From: an uncultured Erysipelotrichia bacterium
GTDB taxonomy: Bacteria; Bacillota_I; Bacilli_A; CAYWJS01
Direction of reading: 5' to 3'
Length of the DNA stretch: 64,000 nt
Assembly: GCA_964458855.1 (NCBI GenBank)
Contig: CAYWJS010000001.1
Location: 6,906 to 70,905 of the forward strand
A program made the translations under genes and the position numbers. Position 1 is the stretch's first letter, and each line of letters starts with the position of its first letter. Shown here piece by piece: positions 21,760 through 32,705 of the stretch. The notes under the pieces were generated by a model. The model was not told the DNA's origin. It saw nothing but the letters and a program-made list of their open reading frames with translations, and ran no database searches.

Positions 21760-21790
21760 AAATACTATGAGAAATCATAGTATTTTTTTA
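21760..21790. terminator. bidirectional terminator (atactatga-gaaa-tcatagtat + T-run)
   Basis: Serves the DUF378 gene (+) and acpS (-). Confidence 0.65.
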
Positions 21791-22123
21791 TTTTTTTGAA
21801 ATAATAACTACTGCTACTGCATTATCCTCTGAATGTGATATTGAAACATGAATATTATTTTCTTTACTTTCAATATATGGAGCTCCATTTTTTCTTTTTA
21901 GAACTTCTATTTTCTTAAAGTTTACTTCTTTTAAATTTGTTGCTTTAATATAAGCCTCTTTAGCTGCAAATCTTCCAGCAACAAATTCAAGTTTTTCTTG
22001 TTTTGAAGTAATGGTTTCATAAAGCTTTTTTTCTTTTTCGGAAAGTATTCTATTTGCAAGTTGCTCAACTTTTTTTTCAATTCGTGGAATACTTACAATA
22101 TCAATACCTATTCCTTTTATCAT
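21788..22123 (-). CDS. acpS: holo-[acyl-carrier-protein] synthase
   Basis: 111 aa, MIKGIGIDIVSIPRI..., 4'-phosphopantetheinyl transferase fold. Confidence 0.9.
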   Translation of the reverse strand: MIKGIGIDIVSIPRIEKKVEQLANRILSEKEKKLYETITSKQEKLEFVAGRFAAKEAYIKATNLKEVNFKKIEVLKRKNGAPYIESKENNIHVSISHSEDNAVAVVIISKK

Positions 22124-22134
22124 TTACTTACACC

Positions 22135-23331
22135 TTAAAACTTTACTGGTTTACTTCCTTTTGAACCCTTTATTCCTTTTGTACCATTAAAGTTTTCTAA
22201 AATATTCGCTTCATATGAAAATAAAAGTTTTGTCCTTCTTTTTTCGCGAGCAATAGCAAGTTTTATTAACTCATCTAATAAGTCAACAAAATCTTTTCCT
22301 GATGCATCCCACAAATAGAATGATAAAGAACCAGGAATTGTATTTATTTCATTAACATAAATATCATTTGTTTCCTTATTAATTAGAAAATCAATTCTTG
22401 AGACACCACTTGCAAAAAGAGCTCTAAATGTTTGTTTAGCTAGTTCTTGAATCTTTTCGGTTGTCTTTTCATCTAATTTTGCTGGAATAATTCTTGCTGC
22501 GCCTGCCATACCACTTATACCTTTTTTACCGCCACCTTGGTATTTATCTTCATAACTTAAAATATCATCACTTTTTATTACTTCTTCTAAAACACTTACT
22601 TGTTGATTAGTGTAATCTCCTAAAACACTACAATTTACTTCCATTAGGTTAGAAATAACTTCCTCAACAAGAATTCTTTCATCAAGAACTGATGCAGTCT
22701 CAACGGCAGCAATAAATTCTTTTTCATCATTTGCAATTGTTATTCCAACACTACTTCCAAGAGTAGCAGGTTTTATAATAACTGGATATTGTAATTTTGC
22801 AACTTCTTTTAAAATTTTTTCTTTATTAGTTTCAAATTCACTTGCATAAAACCAAATGTATTTATTCACAGGAAGGTTATTTGCTTTTAAAATATCTTTC
22901 ATAAAAATTTTGTCTTGTCCAACTGCTGCTGCTTTTACTTCACAACCTACATAAGGTACACCAATTGTTTCAAGGTATCCTTGTAGTGTTCCATCTTCTC
23001 CAAATGTTCCATGCATTACAGGAAGTACAACATCAATTACTGTTAAAACTCTTTTAAAACCACTATTTTTTTGTAAAACAATACGACCATTTTTATTTCT
23101 TACTAAATCTACTCTTGTTGCAAATTGCTTAATTGCATCTAAATTCTTAAAGTTTTTAATATTTGTTAGTAAATCTCCTGTGTACCATTCTCCAGACTTT
23201 GCAATATAAATGGGTACTATCTCATATTTTGCTGAGTCTAAAACTCGCATTACTTGTTGTGCTGAAATAATACTAATTTCATGTTCAACACTTTTTCCTC
23301 CAAAAATAACTGCTACTGATATTTTCATCAT
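22135..23331 (-). CDS. ddl: D-alanine--D-alanine ligase
   Basis: 398 aa, N-terminal VAVIFGGKSVEHEISIIS, ATP-grasp; Gly/Lys-rich C-terminal tail. Confidence 0.9.
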   Translation of the reverse strand: MMKISVAVIFGGKSVEHEISIISAQQVMRVLDSAKYEIVPIYIAKSGEWYTGDLLTNIKNFKNLDAIKQFATRVDLVRNKNGRIVLQKNSGFKRVLTVIDVVLPVMHGTFGEDGTLQGYLETIGVPYVGCEVKAAAVGQDKIFMKDILKANNLPVNKYIWFYASEFETNKEKILKEVAKLQYPVIIKPATLGSSVGITIANDEKEFIAAVETASVLDERILVEEVISNLMEVNCSVLGDYTNQQVSVLEEVIKSDDILSYEDKYQGGGKKGISGMAGAARIIPAKLDEKTTEKIQELAKQTFRALFASGVSRIDFLINKETNDIYVNEINTIPGSLSFYLWDASGKDFVDLLDELIKLAIAREKRRTKLLFSYEANILENFNGTKGIKGSKGSKPVKF

Positions 23332-23346
23332 AATATTAACTCCTCC

Positions 23347-24972
23347 CTACTCATTATAATTATCAGGTAAATCATTTTCTATCAGTACATAAGTTTTATT
23401 ATCTTTAATATTTTCTAGATGATTAAATGCATCTCTTAAATCATTTGTTACATATATTTTTTTCTTATCATAACCTACTTCAATTAAACCTTCATAAATA
23501 GGTTTTGTTTGTTTTTTTCCTACCAAAATTGCATAATCACAAACTTTACTAATTTCATATCCTAATTCTTTATTTAACTTTTCCTCTTCTGGTCCAAGTT
23601 CAATCATTCCAGGTGTAATTATTACCTTTTTCCCTGGCATAAGGCTTAATACTTCAAGAGCTGCTTTCGCTCCCTCTGGATTTGAATTAAAGGAATCATC
23701 AATATAAATAATATCATTTTTTATTTTTAATTCCAAGCGATGTGGAACTGGTTTTATATTTTTTGCTCCTTTTATTAAATTGTCATTGTTAATACCTAAG
23801 GCACGAGCAAGAGTAAGACTTGCTAAATTGTTATAAACGTTATGCCTTCCCAATAATTTTGTTTGAATTTTAAGTGGCTTCTTTTCCCCTTTGAAATAAA
23901 CATCAAAACTCATTCCTTCATGACTATAAACAACATTTGTAGCATAAGTATCAGCATTTTTATTATTCATTGAATACCACAATACTTTACATTTATTTTT
24001 TAATTTATAACTTGTTTGTAATTCATCATCCATATTTAATACTGCAATCCCGTCTTCTGGAAGTGCTTCAATAAGTTCAAATTTAGTTTTTTGGATATTT
24101 TTAATTGAACCAAAATACTCAAGATGAGCAGGACCTATTTTTGTTAAAATTCCATATTTAGGTTTTACAAATCTAGTTAATTCTTTGATTTCTCCTGGTT
24201 TATAAGCCCCCATCTCAGCAATAAAAATATCATGAAGAGCACTTAACTCTTTCCTTATTGTAATTGTTAAACCTAACTTTGTATTAATACTGCGCGGAGT
24301 TGCTAAAGAGTTATACTTAGTAAGTAATATTTCATTTAAAAAATTTTTGGTACTAGTTTTTCCATAACTTCCAGTAATACCTACAACTTCCAAGCGCATA
24401 AGTGATCTAATCTTTCTTTTCGCATCATTTATATAATAAAAGTTAATTGATTTTTCTAATGGAAGATTAATAATGGTTCCTAAAATTACAATCAAATATG
24501 AAAGATAAGAAATACTTATAATTGTTAGGAAAAATGTTAAATCATCACCAAATCTAATGCTTAAAAAGATTGCTACTATAATTAACAAACTTATTGTTGT
24601 AATTAATCTTTTAATTTTCGGGGTATAAACTAATGGTTTTTTCTCAAATGTTTTTTTCCAAGTCTTAAATAAAAATAAATAAACACCAAATATTAAAATT
24701 AAGCATAAATAGAAAATTTCACTAAAATCCCTAACATAAAAAGTCCTAATAAAAAGTAGTAAAACTAATTCAAAAGTTAAAAAAACTTCTTTAAAATTTC
24801 TTTTTAACCACTTAAAATAGCGTAGAAATCCGTATTGATTTAACTGAAAAATGTGAATACTCTTTTTTAGTTTTTCAACTAAATACATAAAAAAAGGAAT
24901 TAAAGCACCAATAAATATTATTCTTCCTAATATCCAACTAAAACCCTCTGCTAACAAATTTAATCCATCCAT
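23347..24972 (-). CDS. murF: UDP-N-acetylmuramoyl-tripeptide--D-alanyl-D-alanine ligase with N-terminal multi-TM domain
   Basis: 541 aa. Residues ~185-541 have MurF central/C-terminal domains (VVGITGSYGKTSTK, IDDSFNSNPEGA). Residues 1-~180 are 5-6 hydrophobic helices instead of the MurF N-terminal domain. Confidence 0.8.
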   Translation of the reverse strand: MDGLNLLAEGFSWILGRIIFIGALIPFFMYLVEKLKKSIHIFQLNQYGFLRYFKWLKRNFKEVFLTFELVLLLFIRTFYVRDFSEIFYLCLILIFGVYLFLFKTWKKTFEKKPLVYTPKIKRLITTISLLIIVAIFLSIRFGDDLTFFLTIISISYLSYLIVILGTIINLPLEKSINFYYINDAKRKIRSLMRLEVVGITGSYGKTSTKNFLNEILLTKYNSLATPRSINTKLGLTITIRKELSALHDIFIAEMGAYKPGEIKELTRFVKPKYGILTKIGPAHLEYFGSIKNIQKTKFELIEALPEDGIAVLNMDDELQTSYKLKNKCKVLWYSMNNKNADTYATNVVYSHEGMSFDVYFKGEKKPLKIQTKLLGRHNVYNNLASLTLARALGINNDNLIKGAKNIKPVPHRLELKIKNDIIYIDDSFNSNPEGAKAALEVLSLMPGKKVIITPGMIELGPEEEKLNKELGYEISKVCDYAILVGKKQTKPIYEGLIEVGYDKKKIYVTNDLRDAFNHLENIKDNKTYVLIENDLPDNYNE

Positions 24973-24983
24973 AAAAACCTCTC

Positions 24984-25730
24984 CTACTTAATATTTAAAA
25001 AAATGGCCAAAACTTTCTTAAAGTTTAGAAAATTTTCTAAAAATGCATAATGACCAGAATTTGGGTACTCTACTAAACCACTATTAGGAATTAATTTTTC
25101 CATTGTACGAGCATCACTTATTGGTGTTTCTTCATCATTTGTTCCCCACACTAAAAGGGTTGCTGCTTTAATTTTGGGTAAAAATTCTGTTAAATCTTCT
25201 TCAACTGCATGAACCAATACTTTCCTCATAATTGGAGAAGAATTCCTGTAATCATGCGAACCAATTTTGCTTTTCAAAAAGTCTTCATATTTTTTAATAA
25301 TTGGTATTTTTATTAAAGTTTTATAAATTTTCTTTTTTATCTTTGTAAATAAATTCATCGCTTTTTTACTTTTAATACCAGCACTACTTAAAAGAATTAG
25401 TTTTTCAATTTCGTTTCTTGAAGAATAAACAATAGCAATTCTTCCTCCAAATGAATGTGCTATTAAAATTGGTTTTTTTAGTTCTAATTTTTTAATAAAA
25501 GTTTCTAAAAACTTTGTGTAATCAAAAACATTCCATGGGCTTTTTGGTTCTTCACTTTCACCAAATCCAGGTAAATCAAGAGTTGTTACCCTGAAATTTT
25601 CTTTTAAAAAATCATGAATTGGAAGCATTGTTTCAATTCGTTGCCCCCAACCATGTAAAATTACTATATCTTCACCTGTTCCTTCTTGTAAATATCTAAT
25701 ATTAATTCCTTTAATATTTATAGTTTTCAT
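24984..25730 (-). CDS. alpha/beta-fold hydrolase
   Basis: 248 aa, HGWG oxyanion motif, nucleophile elbow AHSFGG, C-terminal His. Confidence 0.7.
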   Translation of the reverse strand: MKTINIKGINIRYLQEGTGEDIVILHGWGQRIETMLPIHDFLKENFRVTTLDLPGFGESEEPKSPWNVFDYTKFLETFIKKLELKKPILIAHSFGGRIAIVYSSRNEIEKLILLSSAGIKSKKAMNLFTKIKKKIYKTLIKIPIIKKYEDFLKSKIGSHDYRNSSPIMRKVLVHAVEEDLTEFLPKIKAATLLVWGTNDEETPISDARTMEKLIPNSGLVEYPNSGHYAFLENFLNFKKVLAIFLNIK

Positions 25731-25787
25731 TCTCTCACCACTTTAATTATATCATGAAGTACTCCCTATTTCATTAAATGATTTATG

Positions 25788-26840
25788 CTAAAGAAGTGGG
25801 ACACTTTTTGTTAAATTGCGAGGATTATCAATTTCTGTGTTGCGTGCTAAAGCTGTATAGTAAGCAATTAATTGTCCTAAAACAACAGTTACAAAAGAAG
25901 TAAAAAGAAAATGAACTTGAGGTATTATAATATTATCTTTGCTCTCGCTTATATCTTCTAAAGAGATAATAACAACTTTACCTTCTTTATTTGAAATTTC
26001 TTTTATTGCATTCCTTACAACTTTACTGCTTTCTTTTAAAGTGTTAAGTATTATAACGCTTGTTCCTTCCTCAAGCAAAGTAATAGGTCCATGAAAAAAT
26101 TCTTTGATAGGGAGTGCAAATGCTGGAATATAAGCAGTCTCTTTCAATTTCAAACTAATTTCAAGTGTAGCATAAAAGTCAAAACTAGTACCAAGCAAAA
26201 ATATTAATTTATTATCTTTTAAGGAATTAGCTATATTTTGATAAACTGCTTTTTTATTATATAAATTTTGAACTGTACTAGCAACCTTTAAAAGTTCTTC
26301 TTTAATATTAATTGGTTGCCCACTTATTGAATTTGCAAGAATGCTTAGTAAAGCAAGTGTTGCAATAAAACTTTTTGTTGCAGGAATTGAAACCTCTTTA
26401 CCTGCTTCTAAAAAAAGAGAATAATCAGCATTTTTACTTAAATACGAATCTGGAGTATTTGTAATAGTTAGAGTTTTATATCCTAAATCTTTGATTTTTG
26501 ATAAAGCTTCTTTTAAATCACCGGTTTCTCCACTTTGACTAATAATTAAAAAGAAAGAGTTTTCATCAATAAGTGGCATATTATAAACAAATTCGCTTGC
26601 AATAATACTTTCAGCTTTCTTTCTCGCTAATTTTTCAAATAAACTTTTTCCAATTAATCCAGCATGATAAGAAGAGCCAGATGCAATTATATAAATTGTA
26701 TTTGCATTCTTTAATGCATTAAGTATTTCTTTATCAATAAAATAAGTATCTTTTCCAATATATTTTTTTATTATTCTTTTAATAATTTTAGGTTGCTCAC
26801 TTATTTCTTTTAGCATATAATGTTGATACTCGTCCTTCAT
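25788..26840 (-). CDS. tandem-SIS-domain sugar-phosphate isomerase/deaminase (GlmS isomerase-half-like; AgaS/GlmD type)
   Basis: 350 aa with two SIS modules (IYIIASGSSYHAG..., FLLGTSFDFYATLE...); no glutaminase domain. Confidence 0.6.
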   Translation of the reverse strand: MKDEYQHYMLKEISEQPKIIKRIIKKYIGKDTYFIDKEILNALKNANTIYIIASGSSYHAGLIGKSLFEKLARKKAESIIASEFVYNMPLIDENSFFLIISQSGETGDLKEALSKIKDLGYKTLTITNTPDSYLSKNADYSLFLEAGKEVSIPATKSFIATLALLSILANSISGQPINIKEELLKVASTVQNLYNKKAVYQNIANSLKDNKLIFLLGTSFDFYATLEISLKLKETAYIPAFALPIKEFFHGPITLLEEGTSVIILNTLKESSKVVRNAIKEISNKEGKVVIISLEDISESKDNIIIPQVHFLFTSFVTVVLGQLIAYYTALARNTEIDNPRNLTKSVPLL

Positions 26841-26867
26841 ATTTTCACCCTCTTTTTAATTATATGA

Positions 26868-26897
26868 CAAAAAGTGGTGTTTTCACCACTTTTTTTA
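26868..26897. terminator. terminator after cdaR (agtggtg-tttt-caccact + T-run)
   Basis: Hairpin between cdaR and the SIS gene. Confidence 0.65.
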
Positions 26898-28181
26898 TTT
26901 AGTAATTTCAATAACTATTGTTTCTTTACTACTTTGATAAGTTGCTTTTTTCTCTTTTCCGAGAACTATAACTGGTACAGTATGAGTTCCTACACCTAAG
27001 TTAGTTAAATCAACATATGCTTCTACCGAATCATTAGTAATAGCACTTAAAACATTTTCCGCACCTGTTACAGTTACATCTACTTTGCTGTCTCTTTCTA
27101 AAACAGGACTTACCTTTAAATCACTTCCTAAATTTTTTACTTCAACTGGAATTCCTTCAAGCACTTTTGTTGTAGTTTCCCCTAACTCAACAAGAATTTC
27201 CACTTGATTGATTGACATATACCCTACACCAACAGGTTTTGTTAGATCTTTTGTGAATGTCCTATTTTTTGCAAGATTTGTTACATCTATTTCAACTGGT
27301 ATTGATTCAATATTATTTAAAATATTCATGTCCCCATATATTGTAACTTCATTGTAATTTAGTTTCCAATAACTAATTGCAAGGCCTTCTTTTGGTGTTC
27401 CTTTAGGTATTATTATAATTGGAACTTTCTTATTAATACTTTCAACTTTAATTTCAACTTTTACATTGCTTGGTACAACTTCGACATCAACTGCATTACC
27501 ATCTGAGTCGTATGCAATAAGTTGTGTGTTTTCAAGTTCATGAGTTCCCGCTTTTTTAATATTAGATAAATCTAGTAGCGCTTTTACAAATGCAACTTTT
27601 TCAATGTTTGCTTGTGTTCCTTTTACTATTACTTTGTCTCGATCAATTGTATATTCTGTAATACTTAAGCGTGGATCCATTTTGTCTTTATTAATTAATT
27701 CAATATCAAGATCTTTAGTTGTTGATTGTTTATTATGAATTACAACAGTAATTTTTGAAGGGTCAAGTTTATAGTTAATAGTATTAACAACTTTTCTGTA
27801 TTTTAGTTCTACTTCATGAGTACCTGATTTTAGATCGCTTAAATTAACATAAACTTCATGTCCACCAATTTGTTTAGCAAGTGCAATATCTGAATAACTT
27901 CCAATTAAAGTAATATCAACACTTTCTGGAATTCCTTCTACAACATAAATTTCTCTATTATATTCAGCATGAACTTTTTGATCATAAATAATTTCTGCTG
28001 ATGAATCTGTAAAGTTTAATTTTCCTTTAACAAAGAAGAAAATAAATAAAGTTATTACTAAAGAAAGTATTTTTACATACCTTTTTTGAATTAAAATTTG
28101 TTCAAACCAATTAGAGATAAGTTTTATAAGATTAAGTAAGAAAACTACTGTTTTCTTATAAATTTCAACTATTTTTTTCAT
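26895..28181 (-). CDS. cdaR: CdaA regulatory protein CdaR (YbbR-domain protein)
   Basis: 428 aa, N-terminal TM, repeated YbbR-like beta-rich modules; overlaps cdaA stop. Confidence 0.75.
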   Translation of the reverse strand: MKKIVEIYKKTVVFLLNLIKLISNWFEQILIQKRYVKILSLVITLFIFFFVKGKLNFTDSSAEIIYDQKVHAEYNREIYVVEGIPESVDITLIGSYSDIALAKQIGGHEVYVNLSDLKSGTHEVELKYRKVVNTINYKLDPSKITVVIHNKQSTTKDLDIELINKDKMDPRLSITEYTIDRDKVIVKGTQANIEKVAFVKALLDLSNIKKAGTHELENTQLIAYDSDGNAVDVEVVPSNVKVEIKVESINKKVPIIIIPKGTPKEGLAISYWKLNYNEVTIYGDMNILNNIESIPVEIDVTNLAKNRTFTKDLTKPVGVGYMSINQVEILVELGETTTKVLEGIPVEVKNLGSDLKVSPVLERDSKVDVTVTGAENVLSAITNDSVEAYVDLTNLGVGTHTVPVIVLGKEKKATYQSSKETIVIEITK

Positions 28182-28995
28182 GACTATGACCTCTTTCTTC
28201 CTCAGAAGAACTTGTTTCTAATAATTTATGAAGTTCAACTTTAAACTCATCAATAGTTAAATCATATTGAACTTGCCCATCAACTGCAATTGAAAGTGCA
28301 CCTGTATCTCCTGAAGAAATAATTACAATACAATCAGTTGCCTCACTAATTGTAATTGCGGCTCTGTGCCTTCCCCCAAAATGTGGATTAAAAATTGGCA
28401 TTTGTTTTTGTGGGAAGAATGTGTTTGCACATGATATTTTATTCCCTTGAATTACAACTGCACCTTCATGAAGTGGACTATTTGGGGAAAATATTGTTTG
28501 TAAAAGTTCTGCTGAAATATCTGCATATATTTTTCTTGCTTTTTCAATATATTCTCCTAAACTGACGTTTCTTTCAATAGCAATAATTGCACCAATTTGA
28601 TGCTCTTTAAAATATTCTACTGTTTTTGTAAGTTCTAAAATTAAGTGTTCTTTTTCTCCCAGTGTCATCACTTTATGACGACCAAATAATTGGTTGCGCC
28701 CCAAATCTTCAAGAAATGCTCTAATTTCTGGTTGGAAAATAATAATGATAGCAAGGAACCCCCACATTAAAAAGTGATCTACAATCCAACCTAAAGTTGT
28801 AAGACCTAACCAGTTACTTAAAAGTTTAGTTAAAATAACAATAATTATCCCTTTAACTAATAGTAAAAAGCTTCCCTTTTTTCCCAGTTTTTTTAAGATA
28901 AAATATATTAAAAACCAAACTAGGCTTATATCCAATACATTTTTCAAAAATGCAATGATGCTTTCATAAGTTATTTGTTCTAACATCTTTTTCAC
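28165..28995 (-). CDS. cdaA: diadenylate cyclase CdaA (c-di-AMP synthase)
   Basis: 276 aa, three N-terminal TM helices, DAC domain motifs (HEGAVVI, GGRHRAAI). Confidence 0.9.
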   Translation of the reverse strand: MKKMLEQITYESIIAFLKNVLDISLVWFLIYFILKKLGKKGSFLLLVKGIIIVILTKLLSNWLGLTTLGWIVDHFLMWGFLAIIIIFQPEIRAFLEDLGRNQLFGRHKVMTLGEKEHLILELTKTVEYFKEHQIGAIIAIERNVSLGEYIEKARKIYADISAELLQTIFSPNSPLHEGAVVIQGNKISCANTFFPQKQMPIFNPHFGGRHRAAITISEATDCIVIISSGDTGALSIAVDGQVQYDLTIDEFKVELHKLLETSSSEEERGHSHEKNS

Positions 28996-29045
28996 CTCGA
29001 AATTATTTTACCATAATATACACCAATTTACAAAAGAGGAAATTT

Positions 29046-30656
<1,611 letters not shown>

Positions 30657-30662
30657 CTAATA

Positions 30663-30692
30663 ATAAAAAAAACTCTCATTGCTGAGAGTTTA
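30663..30692 (-). terminator. intrinsic terminator hairpin inside the pyrG 5' leader (candidate attenuator)
   Basis: aactctca-ttgc-tgagagtt followed by U8 on minus strand, between predicted promoter and pyrG RBS. Confidence 0.6.
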
Positions 30693-30705
30693 ACGGCTCT
30701 GTTTT

Positions 30706-30735
30706 AGTATAACATATAATTTATGAATTTTTCAA
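30706..30735 (-). promoter_or_regulatory. predicted sigma-A promoter for pyrG (TTGAAA-18-TATACT)
   Basis: Read on minus strand; predicted +1 near +30699 (transcript starts GAGCCG...). Confidence 0.45.
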
Positions 30736-30742
30736 TAATAAT

Positions 30743-31984
30743 TTATTGATAATTAATATTAACATCAATAATAAGATTTTTAGCTGACGGCATGTATTTG
30801 ATGTTTCTTATATCAATTTTATTATTTATTTTTTTATTTGCTTCTCGAATAATAGTTGTAATATCTAAAGGTTTATCAAACAAGGAAACTATTGCTTTAT
30901 TATACGCTTCTTTGTTTGTAAACTTAAATGTTACATTACTTCTTTTTTTATTGCTTTGATTTATAAATTCTTCTATTAGTCTTTTTTTAACTTTGTCATT
31001 ATAACTATTAAAAATGAGATTTTCTTTTACATAATAATTGTATTTAGTACTATCAGCAATTGGTAGAGGATAAAGTTCTGAAGGATTATGGGTTGCTTCC
31101 ATTCCTTTTGTTGTTTCTCCAAAATAATAATATCCCACATAATTTATCCTCTGACTTTTACTTAAAAAGGTTGGATCATCCCATGTTACATCAAAGTAAT
31201 AATATTTTCCATCAATACTTGCTAAATTCCAGGCATGATTAATTTCTTCACCTTTTTCATTTTTAATGCTTCCTTGGATATAAAGGGTATATAAACCTAT
31301 CTTATTCATTAAATATTGAAAAGTTCTCGCATACCCAGCACAAACACTTCTTCCATTAACTAATACACTATAAATATTTTGGTTATCTGAACTTTTTAAA
31401 TCGTATTCTGTATTGATAATAATAAAATCATGAATAAATTTTACTTTGTCATAATTATTTTCAAATTGATTAACCATCTTCATAATAGCATCTACAACAT
31501 CATCTATTTGTTCTTGACGCTTATTTTTTTCTGTTTCACTTACAGAATAAATAAACTCTATTTTTACAACGTAATCATTAATAACACTTTTATAATATTG
31601 AAGATTTTCGATCCAAAATATTTCTGGATTATCATTTAAAAATATTGGGTAAACTTTATAAAGACTTTTTTCAGAGATTGGATAAATATAAAAACTTTTT
31701 TTAAATCCTTTGGCATTCTCTAACATTTCATCATATACTTTTTTTTCTTCATCACTTAAAAAATTACGACCATATTGATAAAATGAGAGCTCCTTTTTTT
31801 CATCATCAAGCGAAAGATCAGGTTTTTCATCTTCAAGTGGAATTTCTAATTCATCAATAATAATTGGTTCCTTTGAAATATTTTTTTGACTATTAAAATA
31901 TTTATTAAAAAGACTTAGTATAAGCAAAACACTCAAAAAAGTTATTGTTATAAAACTTACAAACTTATTTTCTTTTTCCATCAT
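30743..31984 (-). CDS. membrane-anchored transglutaminase-like superfamily protein
   Basis: 413 aa, N-terminal TM. Cys-His-Asp core (GRSVCAGYARTF, NHAWN, DVTWDD). Confidence 0.7.
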   Translation of the reverse strand: MMEKENKFVSFITITFLSVLLILSLFNKYFNSQKNISKEPIIIDELEIPLEDEKPDLSLDDEKKELSFYQYGRNFLSDEEKKVYDEMLENAKGFKKSFYIYPISEKSLYKVYPIFLNDNPEIFWIENLQYYKSVINDYVVKIEFIYSVSETEKNKRQEQIDDVVDAIMKMVNQFENNYDKVKFIHDFIIINTEYDLKSSDNQNIYSVLVNGRSVCAGYARTFQYLMNKIGLYTLYIQGSIKNEKGEEINHAWNLASIDGKYYYFDVTWDDPTFLSKSQRINYVGYYYFGETTKGMEATHNPSELYPLPIADSTKYNYYVKENLIFNSYNDKVKKRLIEEFINQSNKKRSNVTFKFTNKEAYNKAIVSLFDKPLDITTIIREANKKINNKIDIRNIKYMPSAKNLIIDVNINYQ

Positions 31985-32114
31985 ATCACTACCTACTTTA
32001 ATAATATATTACATTAACTCTTATTGCAAAATAAAAATTTTTAAATCTGTTCCTTTAATTTAAAAAATTCATATACTATAAATGAAATTTAAGGTAAATG
32101 GAAAGGAGTATATA

Positions 32115-32666
32115 ATGACATACATTGTAAAACCTAATGATACCCTTTGGAAAATTGCAAAAGATCATAATATTTCACTAAATGAACTACTTGCTTTAAA
32201 TCCACAAATTACTAATCCTTCGCTTATTTTCCCCGGACAAACTATTAATATTCCAAGTATTATAAGTGAACCTAGTGAAATAAAAGCATTAGAACAAGAA
32301 GTAATCCGTTTAGTTAATGAAGAACGAACTCGAATTGGAAGAAAAGCTCTTACTGAAAATGATAAATTAAGTAACGTTGCAAGAATTAAATCACATGACT
32401 TTATTAATAATAATTACTTTTCCCATAATTCTCCTACTTATGGAAGTCCTTCGGAAATGCTAAGAAGATTTAATATACCATTTACAGCTATTGCAGAAAA
32501 TATTGGGCAAGGACAGCAAAGTGCAAGAGAAGTTATGAATGATTGGATGAATTCAACAATGCATCGAAATAATATATTAAATTCAACTTATAATCAAATT
32601 GGGGTTGGGGTTGCAAGGGATGAAAATGGTAGGTTATATTGGACTCAAATATTTATTAGCAATTAA
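32115..32666 (+). CDS. LysM + CAP/SCP (YkwD-like) domain secreted protein
   Basis: LysM (YIVKPNDTLWKIAKDHNISLNELLALNP) followed by CAP domain (HNSPTYGS...GENIGQG). Start moved to ATG 32115 with RBS GGAAAGGAG. Confidence 0.75.
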   Translation: MTYIVKPNDTLWKIAKDHNISLNELLALNPQITNPSLIFPGQTINIPSIISEPSEIKALEQEVIRLVNEERTRIGRKALTENDKLSNVARIKSHDFINNNYFSHNSPTYGSPSEMLRRFNIPFTAIAENIGQGQQSAREVMNDWMNSTMHRNNILNSTYNQIGVGVARDENGRLYWTQIFISN

Positions 32667-32697
32667 AAAAAACTAGATTTTTATCTAGTTTTTTTAA
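32664..32697. terminator. bidirectional terminator (aactagat-tttt-atctagtt + T-run)
   Basis: Shared by the LysM-CAP gene (+) and ssrA (-). Confidence 0.7.
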
Positions 32698-32705
32698 TTG
32701 CTCTT

